From a virus, in the IMG/VR virus record IMGVR_UViG_3300027749_000040, positions 96,001 to 160,000 of that record: DNA of 64,000 nucleotides. One strand, written 5' to 3'. The notes under the pieces were generated by a model. The model saw nothing but the letters and a program-made list of their open reading frames with translations. It was not told the DNA's origin and searched no databases. The position numbers and the translations under genes were made by a program. This document shows, piece by piece, positions 18,980-27,950 of the stretch (position 1 is its first letter; every line of letters starts with the position of its first letter).

Positions 18980-19008
18980 TTGCTTTTTGTCTAGTGTCCT
19001 GTTATACT
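18980..19008 (+). promoter_or_regulatory. sigma70-type promoter
   Basis: TTGCTT-17-TATACT with TGn; ATG at 19014. Confidence 0.6.
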
Positions 19009-19013
19009 TAAAG

Positions 19014-20021
19014 ATGGACTTTAAAACACTACACGAGGTTGCCACTTGGATGCTTAGTAATATTCGATTGAGTAGATATGATGACCAGTTTGTAAATAAT
19101 CTTACCCTTTATATTACTCAACACAATCGGATTACTAGTAATCAGGACCTTTTGTTCAGGAAGGTGGCACGTAAATATAAACGACAATTCTCTCAATTAA
19201 AAATTGAAGTAGAAGAAATATTAAACCGAGCCTGGGATGTTCCTTTAGTAGAAAGTATTGCTGAATATACCGGAGCTACAATCAAAATAGAGAATGACAA
19301 ACTAATTCTACGTTCTCCCTTTAACAGAAACTTTTTAACAGCACTTAAAAAGAATCCTATATACACACTGCAATGGATTAAAGATAAACGGCAATATGAA
19401 GCAGAGTATAGTCACACTAATTTAAAAGAGTTATTGTATCTAACTGCGGATCATTATCCTATATTGAGTTACTGCGAAACAGTTGCTCAAATTGTAGATA
19501 GTCTTAGCACATATGAGAATATTAAATACTGGGTTCCTACTTTAGTTTATAAGGGGCATTACTATATTGCCGCAATGAACGAGCATTTATATGGGGCAAT
19601 CAAAGACATTCTCATAACAGATGATTTAAAAACAATAGCAACATTAGTTAAATATGGAGTTATGATCGACCAATCAGTTAAGGATCATTTTTCAAAAACA
19701 GAAAACCCTGTTAAAATAATGCTTGCTATGAATTTTCAAATGGAAATAGAAATGAAAGATGCTTTAATAACCATTAAATGGTTAGAAGAATTTGGATGTG
19801 ATGCTATCAGTGAACCCAAATCATTTGTAACTAATTCTAAATTAGATATACATAATACCTCTATTAAATTTTGTAAGAATCCTAAAGACTTGAAAGATTA
19901 TAATAATCCTGTTATAGTGTATCAACGAGGTCACTTTTCATTAGTAAATGAAAAGCCAATGAAATTGTTTAAAGTAATTAAATTTGTAAACTCGGAACCA
20001 ATAGATTTAGGGCCTAAATGA
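19014..20021 (+). CDS. Hypothetical protein upstream of UvsW
   Basis: ORF; ATG 19014 fits the promoter better than TTG 18987. Confidence 0.65.
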   Translation: MDFKTLHEVATWMLSNIRLSRYDDQFVNNLTLYITQHNRITSNQDLLFRKVARKYKRQFSQLKIEVEEILNRAWDVPLVESIAEYTGATIKIENDKLILRSPFNRNFLTALKKNPIYTLQWIKDKRQYEAEYSHTNLKELLYLTADHYPILSYCETVAQIVDSLSTYENIKYWVPTLVYKGHYYIAAMNEHLYGAIKDILITDDLKTIATLVKYGVMIDQSVKDHFSKTENPVKIMLAMNFQMEIEMKDALITIKWLEEFGCDAISEPKSFVTNSKLDIHNTSIKFCKNPKDLKDYNNPVIVYQRGHFSLVNEKPMKLFKVIKFVNSEPIDLGPK

Positions 20022-21496
20022 AAGAATGTAAATTAATAATAAAAGATGAAGTCAATGTAAAGATTGAAGGTCTTGAACTTGGTGATCGCAAAACACTAAT
20101 GAAGATGTTTGAGTTTGAAGTTCCGGGCGCAAGGTATCTTCCTGCAGTAAGGTTGGGTAGATGGAATGGCAAAAGCAGTTACTTTGCCTTAGGTGGTAGC
20201 ACATATATTAACTTGCTCCCAGAAATTCTTCCATTACTTGACCAAGCAGGTTATGATATTGAACTAGAAGATTCTAGAGACTATCAAACAGTATTCAGTT
20301 TCACTGAAGTGTCCGAGGCTACATTCAAACATAAGAACTGGCCTAAGGGTCATCCAATGGAGGGTCAGCCTGTTATATTGCGTGACTATCAGATTGAGAT
20401 TATCAACAACTATTTAAAAAACCTACAATCATTGCAAGAGATTGCAACTGGTGCAGGTAAGACACTAATCACAGCCGCACTATCAAATTGTATAGAACAA
20501 TATGGCCGTAGTATTGTTATTGTTCCCAATACAAGTCTTGTTACTCAGACTGAGAAAGACTACATCAACTTAGGTCTAGATGTAGGTGTATATTACGGTG
20601 GACGAAAAGAGTACGACAAAACACATACAATTTGCACATGGCAAAGTCTAGGTAACATGTTGAAGAACACTAAAGCAGGTGAAGCGGAAGTGCCATTTCA
20701 AGACTTTATTGAAGGTGTTGTATGTGTTATTGTTGATGAAGTACACCAAGCTAAAGCTGATGTTCTTAAATCATTATTGACAGGTGTGATGAGTCAGATT
20801 CCAATTCGTTGGGGATTGACTGGAACTATCCCTAAAGCTAAACATGAATCAATGTCATTGACTGTAAGCTTGGGTCCAGTTATCAATCAATTGGCAGCAA
20901 GTACATTACAAGAGATGGGTGTGTTATCACAATGTCATGTGAACATTGTTCAGCTACAAGATGGTATGGAATTTACAAACTATCAGAGCGAACTTAAATT
21001 CTTAACCAGTGACGATAAACGAATGCAAAAAATTGCTGAATTGTCCAGTGTTGTTAAGAATAGCGGTAACACACTTATACTAGTTGACAGGATCGAAGCA
21101 GGACAACTATTACATTTGAAATTAGAAGAACTAGGTGTATCGGAAGATAACGTAGTGTTTGTATCAGGCGGTACTAAAGGCACAACAAGAACCGAGCACT
21201 ACGATGACATTGCTACTGCTACTAACAAGATTATCATTGCTACATATGGTGTTGCCGCAGTTGGTATCAACATTCCTCGTATCTTTAATGTTATGCTATT
21301 AGAACCGGGTAAGAGTTTCGTTCGTGTTATTCAAAGTATCGGTCGTGGTATTCGTAAAGCAGAAGACAAAGACTTTGTACAGATTTGGGATATTACTAGT
21401 TCATGTAAATTTGCTAAAAGGCATTTGACTCAGCGTAAAGCATTTTATAAAGAGGCTTCATACCCGTTTGATGTTGAAAAATTGAAATATAAATGA
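20018..21496 (+). CDS. uvsW: SF2 DNA helicase
   Basis: LRDYQ, ATGAGKT, DEVH, GLTGT, QSIGRGIR. Confidence 0.9.
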   Translation: MKECKLIIKDEVNVKIEGLELGDRKTLMKMFEFEVPGARYLPAVRLGRWNGKSSYFALGGSTYINLLPEILPLLDQAGYDIELEDSRDYQTVFSFTEVSEATFKHKNWPKGHPMEGQPVILRDYQIEIINNYLKNLQSLQEIATGAGKTLITAALSNCIEQYGRSIVIVPNTSLVTQTEKDYINLGLDVGVYYGGRKEYDKTHTICTWQSLGNMLKNTKAGEAEVPFQDFIEGVVCVIVDEVHQAKADVLKSLLTGVMSQIPIRWGLTGTIPKAKHESMSLTVSLGPVINQLAASTLQEMGVLSQCHVNIVQLQDGMEFTNYQSELKFLTSDDKRMQKIAELSSVVKNSGNTLILVDRIEAGQLLHLKLEELGVSEDNVVFVSGGTKGTTRTEHYDDIATATNKIIIATYGVAAVGINIPRIFNVMLLEPGKSFVRVIQSIGRGIRKAEDKDFVQIWDITSSCKFAKRHLTQRKAFYKEASYPFDVEKLKYK

Positions 21497-21502
21497 TACA
21501 AT
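21474..21502 (+). promoter_or_regulatory. sigma70-type promoter
   Basis: TTGAAA-17-TACAAT with TGn; ATG at 21509. Confidence 0.55.
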
Positions 21503-21508
21503 AACAAA

Positions 21509-22009
21509 ATGCGTATATTAACACTAGACAACGAATTCTATAACTTAGAAACACTCCCCGAAGAAATTGATGACTTGAGGTTTGCTATCTTAGACAATAG
21601 CAATCCAAGCAATGTAGATTATCATTACATCCCATTAATCTTTTTAGAAAGTTTCAATAGCCCTGCACTTGTATTAAAAATAGGTAACAGTACAATTAAG
21701 ATGCCTATTGATTGGCAAATATTAATTGGAGAACAAGAACACGGTGACTTAGAAACATTACCATTAACAAGTATCAATGACAGGGGATTCAATTCATTTG
21801 AGTTCAATCCATTGACTAGCTTTAGTCCCACATTCTTGCCTATTGAGATTGTAGACATTTATCATGATGTAACATGGTATGCCCCTCGATTAAAGAACGG
21901 TCAATTCTTGTGTGTACCATTAGAAGATGGTCCTAAACCTAGATGTGTTTATTTTGTAAAAGAAATTAGTCGTAATTGTGAAATTGTAGATTATAGTCAG
22001 GCGTTTTAA
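21509..22009 (+). CDS. Hypothetical beta-rich protein
   Basis: Intact ORF in the replication cluster. Confidence 0.65.
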   Translation: MRILTLDNEFYNLETLPEEIDDLRFAILDNSNPSNVDYHYIPLIFLESFNSPALVLKIGNSTIKMPIDWQILIGEQEHGDLETLPLTSINDRGFNSFEFNPLTSFSPTFLPIEIVDIYHDVTWYAPRLKNGQFLCVPLEDGPKPRCVYFVKEISRNCEIVDYSQAF

Positions 22010-22010
22010 T

Positions 22011-22406
22011 ATGTTAGATTGTTTAATTTTAGGCGATAGTATCGCGGTTGGTATAGCACAATATCGCCCTGAATGTCAAGTCATTGCTAAGGTAGGCATC
22101 AATAGTAAAAATTGGGTGAATAAAAACATCACCAAAGAATTGTCAGCAGACACAGTAATCATTAGTTTAGGTAGTAACGATTATAAAAAGATAAACACAT
22201 TAAAAGAATTGTTTACAGTTCGTCAAGTGGTTAGTGCTAAACGTGTATACTGGATTGTCCCTGCTATTAAACCTGAGATACAAGAAATGGTTGACATTGT
22301 AGCAGACAAATTTGAGGATAAAGTTATACACATTAACAAAGTATCCAGCGACGGAGTACATCCAACAACTGCTGAATACAAAAGAATGGCCGGGGCAACA
22401 AAGTGA
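22011..22406 (+). CDS. SGNH/GDSL hydrolase
   Basis: ILGDSIA, SLGSND, DGVHPT blocks. Confidence 0.85.
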   Translation: MLDCLILGDSIAVGIAQYRPECQVIAKVGINSKNWVNKNITKELSADTVIISLGSNDYKKINTLKELFTVRQVVSAKRVYWIVPAIKPEIQEMVDIVADKFEDKVIHINKVSSDGVHPTTAEYKRMAGATK

Positions 22407-23008
22407 TGGCAACTAAAAAAGCTAAAGCAACTATCCCTGCAGATGAAAAACTAGAGAACCAAGACTTTCCGTTGTTTGATGCACTATTAGCACTAGACAA
22501 AAAAGACTATGGTTACTATGACAGACTTTCAGAAGCACAACAAAAGAAGTTTGTACCCTTCATGCTTATCAAGTATCTAAGTTATATCAAGGGTTCAGGT
22601 GAGATTGCAGGATATTATTTGCGTAGTACAGATTATCATGCAAATAAATATTTCTTCAATGAAAATATAATGAAGAATCCTAAACTACAATGGTTAATGT
22701 TATGTGCAGCCAGCCCGGGATTAGGAAAACATTTCCATCCCTGGATGCCTCAAATCAAAGAGAAGGTTAGTAGTCTAAAAGAAAATGCTGTATTGAAAGA
22801 TGTGAAAGACTATTACACTAAGGTCTATCCCAAAGCAGACGGTGGTACAATCACAGAGATATCAAAAGTATTTGTAGTAGAACAAAAGAAGAAGGTACAT
22901 CTGGCAAGTGTATATCCAGACATGAAAATAGCAGACATTGAAGTGTTAAGTCAAACGGTAACAGATGAAGAAATTGAACAGTATGAAAGAGATAGAGGCA
23001 ATCGGTAA
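22403..23008 (+). CDS. Probable clamp-loader small subunit (T4 gp62-like)
   Basis: KKFVPFMLIKYLS...AN...KLQW...G..FHPW pattern recalls gp62; replication context. Confidence 0.5.
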   Translation: MMATKKAKATIPADEKLENQDFPLFDALLALDKKDYGYYDRLSEAQQKKFVPFMLIKYLSYIKGSGEIAGYYLRSTDYHANKYFFNENIMKNPKLQWLMLCAASPGLGKHFHPWMPQIKEKVSSLKENAVLKDVKDYYTKVYPKADGGTITEISKVFVVEQKKKVHLASVYPDMKIADIEVLSQTVTDEEIEQYERDRGNR

Positions 23009-23684
23009 GCTTAAATTTAAGTGTGAATTTTGCACAGGTGAGTATTTGCGTGAATCTACGTTACTCACCCACATGTGTGAATCTAAGCGCAGGTGGATGA
23101 ATAAGGACTTGCAAGGTAATCGCATTGCATATCAAGCCTTCGTTCAGTTTTATAAAAAGAATAGTTCAAGTAAAAAGACAAAGACTTACGAAGAATTTAT
23201 TAAAAGTCCATACTATACAGCATTTGTAAAGTTCGGCAATCATTGCGTAGATATTAATGCATTAAATGTTAGCAGATATGCTGATTGGTTAGTTAAAAGT
23301 CAAATTAGAATTGACACATGGTGTACTGACACAAACTACACTAACTATCTACTTGAGTATATTCGTACAGAAGATCCATTAGATGCTATTCATCGTAGTA
23401 TTGAAACAACAATGTCATTGGCAGAAATTGAAAAGATTCAAAGCAGAGATTATTTGCGTTATGGTAATGTCAATAGAATCTGTTTAGAGATTACTAGAGG
23501 CAGAATCAGTCCCTGGATGTTGTTTCATAGTGAGAGTGGTGTAAAGTTTGTAGAATCACTGGAACACGGCCATGTTAAAATGGTGTTTGATTATATTGAT
23601 CCTGAGAAGTGGGCACTAAAGTTTCATCGTGAGCCGGAGAATGTAAAACAAGTTAAGGAATTACTAAATGCCGGCGGGTACTAG
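22965..23684 (+). CDS. Hypothetical protein with N-terminal C2HC zinc finger
   Basis: FKCEFC...LLTHMCE. Confidence 0.65.
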   Translation: MKKLNSMKEIEAIGKLKFKCEFCTGEYLRESTLLTHMCESKRRWMNKDLQGNRIAYQAFVQFYKKNSSSKKTKTYEEFIKSPYYTAFVKFGNHCVDINALNVSRYADWLVKSQIRIDTWCTDTNYTNYLLEYIRTEDPLDAIHRSIETTMSLAEIEKIQSRDYLRYGNVNRICLEITRGRISPWMLFHSESGVKFVESLEHGHVKMVFDYIDPEKWALKFHREPENVKQVKELLNAGGY

Positions 23685-23865
23685 GGTTCGTATACCTTGG
23701 CAGAAGGGTAATACTATTAATAATTGGGATGAAACTTGTATCTGGGCAATGGAACAATTTGGTTTACCGGGTGATAAATTTACTACACATGCTACTGAGG
23801 ACTATATGGACTTTTATTTTGATAATGAACATGATGCTATTCATTTTAGTTTGAGGTGGTTATGA
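23668..23865 (+). CDS. Small protein, F..E.DA..F.LRW family
   Basis: C-terminus FDNEHDAIHFSLRWL. Confidence 0.65.
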   Translation: MPAGTRVRIPWQKGNTINNWDETCIWAMEQFGLPGDKFTTHATEDYMDFYFDNEHDAIHFSLRWL

Positions 23866-24536
23866 TAAATTTTATACCAGTACCAATCAACGAACACGAT
23901 CTAATATTAGGTAAAGACTTTAATAAGAAGTTTGCCAAAGAAATGGATCCTTACTACACGCCTTTTAGAGTAAAGAATCGAGACATACAACTTGCCAAAG
24001 AAACTTGGGAGTACGGTGTCACTGATAGTATTCAAGGTGCATCATGGAAGGGTGCAGGTAAAAATGTTGTAGATGTTGAATCACCTATTGCTGACTTTGA
24101 TGTTAAAGGCATTAGTATTGGCAATATCAATAAAGGATTAACCACAGAAGCTAGCTTCTTACAAAATATTCAAGCAAAAAATGCTAGTTTATTTTCTAGT
24201 CTATTTGATAGTAAAGACTATATTGGATTGAAGACTATGTTTGTTGATCCGTATATGGCTAAAATTTTCAACACAAATAATCTGCATCTACTTACTGTCA
24301 TACGTGAAAAGAAGACAAAAAAAGTATACTACTGTTTGTTCAAAGTAGAGCCTACTACCTTATCACCAACTGAGTTTATAACAAAAATGGCTCCTATTGG
24401 TAAATGTGGTGTGACTGTTCCTATGATTGCTCCTGCATATGGAAGAACATATCTATACAGTAACAAACGCAGGTTAGAAATTAAATTGAAAGGTTCAGGC
24501 TTGCGTGATTTCCTAGTTTATTCACATAATTACTAA
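23862..24536 (+). CDS. Putative PD-(D/E)XK endonuclease (type II restriction-enzyme-like)
   Basis: ETWE helix followed by VVDV...DFDVK. Confidence 0.45.
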   Translation: MINFIPVPINEHDLILGKDFNKKFAKEMDPYYTPFRVKNRDIQLAKETWEYGVTDSIQGASWKGAGKNVVDVESPIADFDVKGISIGNINKGLTTEASFLQNIQAKNASLFSSLFDSKDYIGLKTMFVDPYMAKIFNTNNLHLLTVIREKKTKKVYYCLFKVEPTTLSPTEFITKMAPIGKCGVTVPMIAPAYGRTYLYSNKRRLEIKLKGSGLRDFLVYSHNY

Positions 24537-24537
24537 G

Positions 24538-24780
24538 GTGGCAATGAGAGTTCAAAACTATAACGAAAAGCTTGGGTGGGAAGAAACTGATTCGGGTTGG
24601 TATGAACATGAGATACGTGTGCGAATGGATTTTCCCGCATCATACGATGAAGTATTGGAATGGCTGTATAATAGAATAGATAACTGTGAACGCCATGCTA
24701 GGTGGCGAATCACTAGAGGGCTCATACAACTTAAATTTAGGTATGAGCGTGATGTAATATTATGTAAGTTGAGTTTTTAA
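24538..24780 (+). CDS. Small protein, F..E.DA..F.LRW family
   Basis: EVLEWL...FRYERDVILCKLSF. Confidence 0.6.
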   Translation: MAMRVQNYNEKLGWEETDSGWYEHEIRVRMDFPASYDEVLEWLYNRIDNCERHARWRITRGLIQLKFRYERDVILCKLSF

Positions 24781-25028
24781 TGAACCTTGAACACGAAATG
24801 ATGGAAAAATTATCAAGTGATATGGCTAGAGAAATGGACTATGATATCATAGTTGACATGCTAGAGTATATTAGAGTAGAACTACCACCATTTGATAGTC
24901 GTTATCATGCTGTTGACATTGTTGATTGGTGCACTGATAACTGTACAGGTAATTTTAGAAACTATGGTGTTAAATTTGCTTTTGAAAAAGCCCAAGATGC
25001 TGAATGGTTTATATTGAGGTGGAAGTAA
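24780..25028 (+). CDS. Small protein, F..E.DA..F.LRW family
   Basis: DIVDWC...FEKAQDAEWFILRWK. Confidence 0.65.
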   Translation: MNLEHEMMEKLSSDMAREMDYDIIVDMLEYIRVELPPFDSRYHAVDIVDWCTDNCTGNFRNYGVKFAFEKAQDAEWFILRWK

Positions 25029-25300
25029 TGGCAACGATACCGCATCTACAAGATTATGATGACGATGATCCTAAATTAAATTTTCGTAAAAGACGTTGGG
25101 ATTATTGGGCGGCATTAAAGAAAGTTCGTGTTGAATATATGATAGATGCTAAGAATGGACAGTTTGATGCGTTTGATTTTGAAGATTACATTGAAGAAAA
25201 ATATGGCATTAAGATGCTGATAGTCAATGGCAATATCACAGATGGATATAAAATTATGGACGAAAAGAAATACATTGTGTTTCTACTGAAATTTCAATGA
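25028..25300 (+). CDS. Small hypothetical protein (divergent family member)
   Basis: GAGGT SD before ATG 25028; ends DEKKYIVFLLKFQ. Confidence 0.65.
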   Translation: MATIPHLQDYDDDDPKLNFRKRRWDYWAALKKVRVEYMIDAKNGQFDAFDFEDYIEEKYGIKMLIVNGNITDGYKIMDEKKYIVFLLKFQ

Positions 25301-25647
25301 ACAACTCACCCTTCATCATAAACGATTTACCAAACAACAATTGGTCAGTAGAATGGCCTACATTTAAAAACATCAAAGATAGTGTAGCTAACATAAAATT
25401 GTTAGATATATTATTTGGTGAAGTAAAATGTAACCAGGCAGGATTAGCAATAATGCTTAATAGTGGTGAGTATGATACATTATGGATTGATGACATAGAG
25501 TATTATCAGGACACTAGACATGAATATGGTAATTATTTGGAACAGATGTATGAGATTAGAGGAGCAGTCTTCCACAAAGAAAGTGAAGCAAGAAAATTTC
25601 AAGACATACTAGAAAAAAAATACGTATGGAAAATATTAAAGGCATAA
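25297..25647 (+). CDS. Hypothetical protein
   Basis: Translationally coupled ORF; FHKESEARKF near the C-terminus. Confidence 0.6.
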   Translation: MNNSPFIINDLPNNNWSVEWPTFKNIKDSVANIKLLDILFGEVKCNQAGLAIMLNSGEYDTLWIDDIEYYQDTRHEYGNYLEQMYEIRGAVFHKESEARKFQDILEKKYVWKILKA

Positions 25648-25648
25648 C

Positions 25649-26197
25649 ATGGATGTAATGATTGACATTGAATCACTAGACACAACACCAGACTGTGTGA
25701 TTCTAACTATTGGTGCAGTATTATTTGACCCACGTGGTCATGGCATTATTGATAAAATTGAGATTCGTCCTACGATTGAGGATCAAACAGAGATTTACAA
25801 TCGCAGTATCAATGATGCAACAATGGAATGGTGGGGCAAACAAAGTCCAGAAGCAATTGAAGAAGCTATGGGCGACAGAGACCGTGTGTCATACGAAAAT
25901 GCAATGAATCAATTATACAAATTCTGCTGGAATCGTAGTAAGTGTGCATGGAGTAACGGTGCAAGTTTTGATGTAGTAGTTATGGATCATGCTTGGAAAC
26001 AATTTGATAAAAACACACCGTGGAACTTTTGGGACATTAGAGACACAAGAACATTGTATGATATTGCCGGCGTAAAATTAAAAGATGGTGGACATGTTAC
26101 GACACACAAAGCTGTAGAAGATGCCGAAAGACAAGCAATTGTTGTGCAACAAGCGTATACTAAGTTAATTAAAGTAGGATTAATGGAGACAAAATGA
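25649..26197 (+). CDS. DEDDh 3'-5' exonuclease (Rv2179c-like)
   Basis: MIDIESL, WSNGASFD, RDTRT, HKAVEDA. Confidence 0.88.
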   Translation: MDVMIDIESLDTTPDCVILTIGAVLFDPRGHGIIDKIEIRPTIEDQTEIYNRSINDATMEWWGKQSPEAIEEAMGDRDRVSYENAMNQLYKFCWNRSKCAWSNGASFDVVVMDHAWKQFDKNTPWNFWDIRDTRTLYDIAGVKLKDGGHVTTHKAVEDAERQAIVVQQAYTKLIKVGLMETK

Positions 26198-26958
26198 CAA
26201 TAGGTATATTTGGAGATAGTTTTGCAGTAGTTGATAACCACAAAAATCGAAGTTGGACAGGCCTATTAGCAGAGATATTAGACGAAGGATATGTATGCTA
26301 CGGTGAACCATCTACTTCTATATGGTGGTCATATGAACTTTTTTTAAAACATTATAAAAAATATGACAAGATAGTTTTTACATACTCACATTATAGTAGG
26401 TGGAGTTATTTGCCTGAACACCTTACTAAACTATCTCTTATTAGACCTAAAGGTCATGTCGGGGGTTTTGATTCGCACGGTGATGACTCACTAAAAAAAT
26501 ATGTTGATATATTACTTGAAGCTCATCCTATATTGTATTCTGAGGAGTTACAATTATTTACATATCAAAATATCTTCAATAGTGTAAACAAATTGTGCAA
26601 AGATACAAATATAAAATTGATTAACTTAATGCCTTTTGAGCAAAGTTATGTAGATTTTCCAACAAATAATAAATTAGTAGATTTATATATAGATATATCG
26701 GAAGCATTCGGGCCGTGCTTAACTGGTTTAGCAGATGTAAGTTTTGGTGAATTATTGGATCAACGCGGTTTAGTACATAAAGATAGTTTTAAAGGAAAAG
26801 TTTTTGATAAACGAGCATCACACCTATCATTGGATAATAATAAAGTTCTGGCATCAATTATATCAGAGATATTTAATTCCGAGCAAACAAGACCAAAATT
26901 GATACAGTTACAAAAAGACAATAGATTTTTTAAAGGAACATTCTTTAATGAGAATTGA
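26194..26958 (+). CDS. SGNH-like hydrolase/acyltransferase
   Basis: IFGDSF...W N-terminal block; C-terminal R.SHLS..NN. Confidence 0.55.
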   Translation: MTIGIFGDSFAVVDNHKNRSWTGLLAEILDEGYVCYGEPSTSIWWSYELFLKHYKKYDKIVFTYSHYSRWSYLPEHLTKLSLIRPKGHVGGFDSHGDDSLKKYVDILLEAHPILYSEELQLFTYQNIFNSVNKLCKDTNIKLINLMPFEQSYVDFPTNNKLVDLYIDISEAFGPCLTGLADVSFGELLDQRGLVHKDSFKGKVFDKRASHLSLDNNKVLASIISEIFNSEQTRPKLIQLQKDNRFFKGTFFNEN

Positions 26959-27529
26959 TTCAGACATTGACATAGATTTTGGAGATAGAGATAAACTACT
27001 GTCTCTAATCAAACATACACCTGCATCAATGCGTAATATCACTCCTATTCGTAGACACAATACTGGTGTCTACATAACAGATATCCCATATGATCCTGTT
27101 AATAATATGTCAGCACTACATTATGAAGACGCAGAAAAACGTGGATATTTCAAACTAGACTTGTTGAATGTGCATGTGTATTCACAGGTTCGTGATGAAA
27201 CACATTTAGTTGAATTGATGTATGAACCAAATTGGTCTAAACTAAATGATAGAGTATTTGTTGAGAAATTAATTCACCTATCAAATCACTATCAAAGTAT
27301 TCAGAAGATGACTGAGCCAATTGATAGTATCCCTAGATTAGCAATGTTTTTAGCATTGATTCGTCCTGCTAAAAAGCATTTAATTGGTAAGAGTTGGAAA
27401 GAAGTGAGTCAAACTATATGGGACCGTGAGAATGACGGATATAGTTTCAAAAAGAGTCATGCTATAGCTTATGCACAGTTAGTCGTTGTACATATGAATT
27501 TACTTACAACATCCGTTTCACAAGCGTAA
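26948..27529 (+). CDS. Minimal DNA polymerase III alpha (DnaE)-like palm/fingers protein
   Basis: DIDIDF, HNTGVYI, GYFKLDLL, LALIRP, GYSFKKSHAIAYA in DnaE order within 193 aa. Confidence 0.8.
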   Translation: MRIDSDIDIDFGDRDKLLSLIKHTPASMRNITPIRRHNTGVYITDIPYDPVNNMSALHYEDAEKRGYFKLDLLNVHVYSQVRDETHLVELMYEPNWSKLNDRVFVEKLIHLSNHYQSIQKMTEPIDSIPRLAMFLALIRPAKKHLIGKSWKEVSQTIWDRENDGYSFKKSHAIAYAQLVVVHMNLLTTSVSQA

Positions 27530-27884
27530 TACTACGGCGTTTTGTCCTACGTTTGTGTAGTTCATTTATGCTACAAGCAGGGCCATGCACGATAGTTAGA
27601 CTTTTATTGTGAAAAGTTCGTATATATGGCTTGAATATGATCCATTCATCTTTAAGGAATAAATTAATAGGAATCAATCTGTTAGATTCCCACCACCATA
27701 TATCACCTAATTCTAAGAATTTCTCTTTAGCCATTGGGTCGATTATAGCACCATAATCGTAAATAGTAGTGACAACATCATCTCTATTCTGTACAATCCC
27801 CACATAATCTTGATTAGCGTAGGAGCACACGGTGATGAAGGGGTGGTTTTCTGTTAGTTTTGTGAAAAATTCGTTAGGTAACAT
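27504..27884 (-). CDS. Hypothetical late protein
   Basis: ATG at 27884 downstream of minus-strand GATAAATA (27905-27912); WWWESNR motif. Confidence 0.65.
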   Translation of the reverse strand: MLPNEFFTKLTENHPFITVCSYANQDYVGIVQNRDDVVTTIYDYGAIIDPMAKEKFLELGDIWWWESNRLIPINLFLKDEWIIFKPYIRTFHNKSLTIVHGPACSINELHKRRTKRRSITLVKRML

Positions 27885-27904
27885 TGTTGTTCTTATGACC
27901 GAAA

Positions 27905-27945
27905 TATTTATCATCGGGTAGCCTGGCAATATATTTTGATAAATA
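27905..27945. promoter_or_regulatory. Divergent pair of late promoters (GATAAATA on - 27905-27912 and + 27938-27945)
   Basis: Both motifs exact, between divergent genes. Confidence 0.7.
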
Positions 27946-27950
27946 CGATT

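Noticed and set aside
26948-27529. dnaE pseudogene
   Set aside because: ORF is intact, coupled to the upstream gene, and selectively keeps the catalytic motifs
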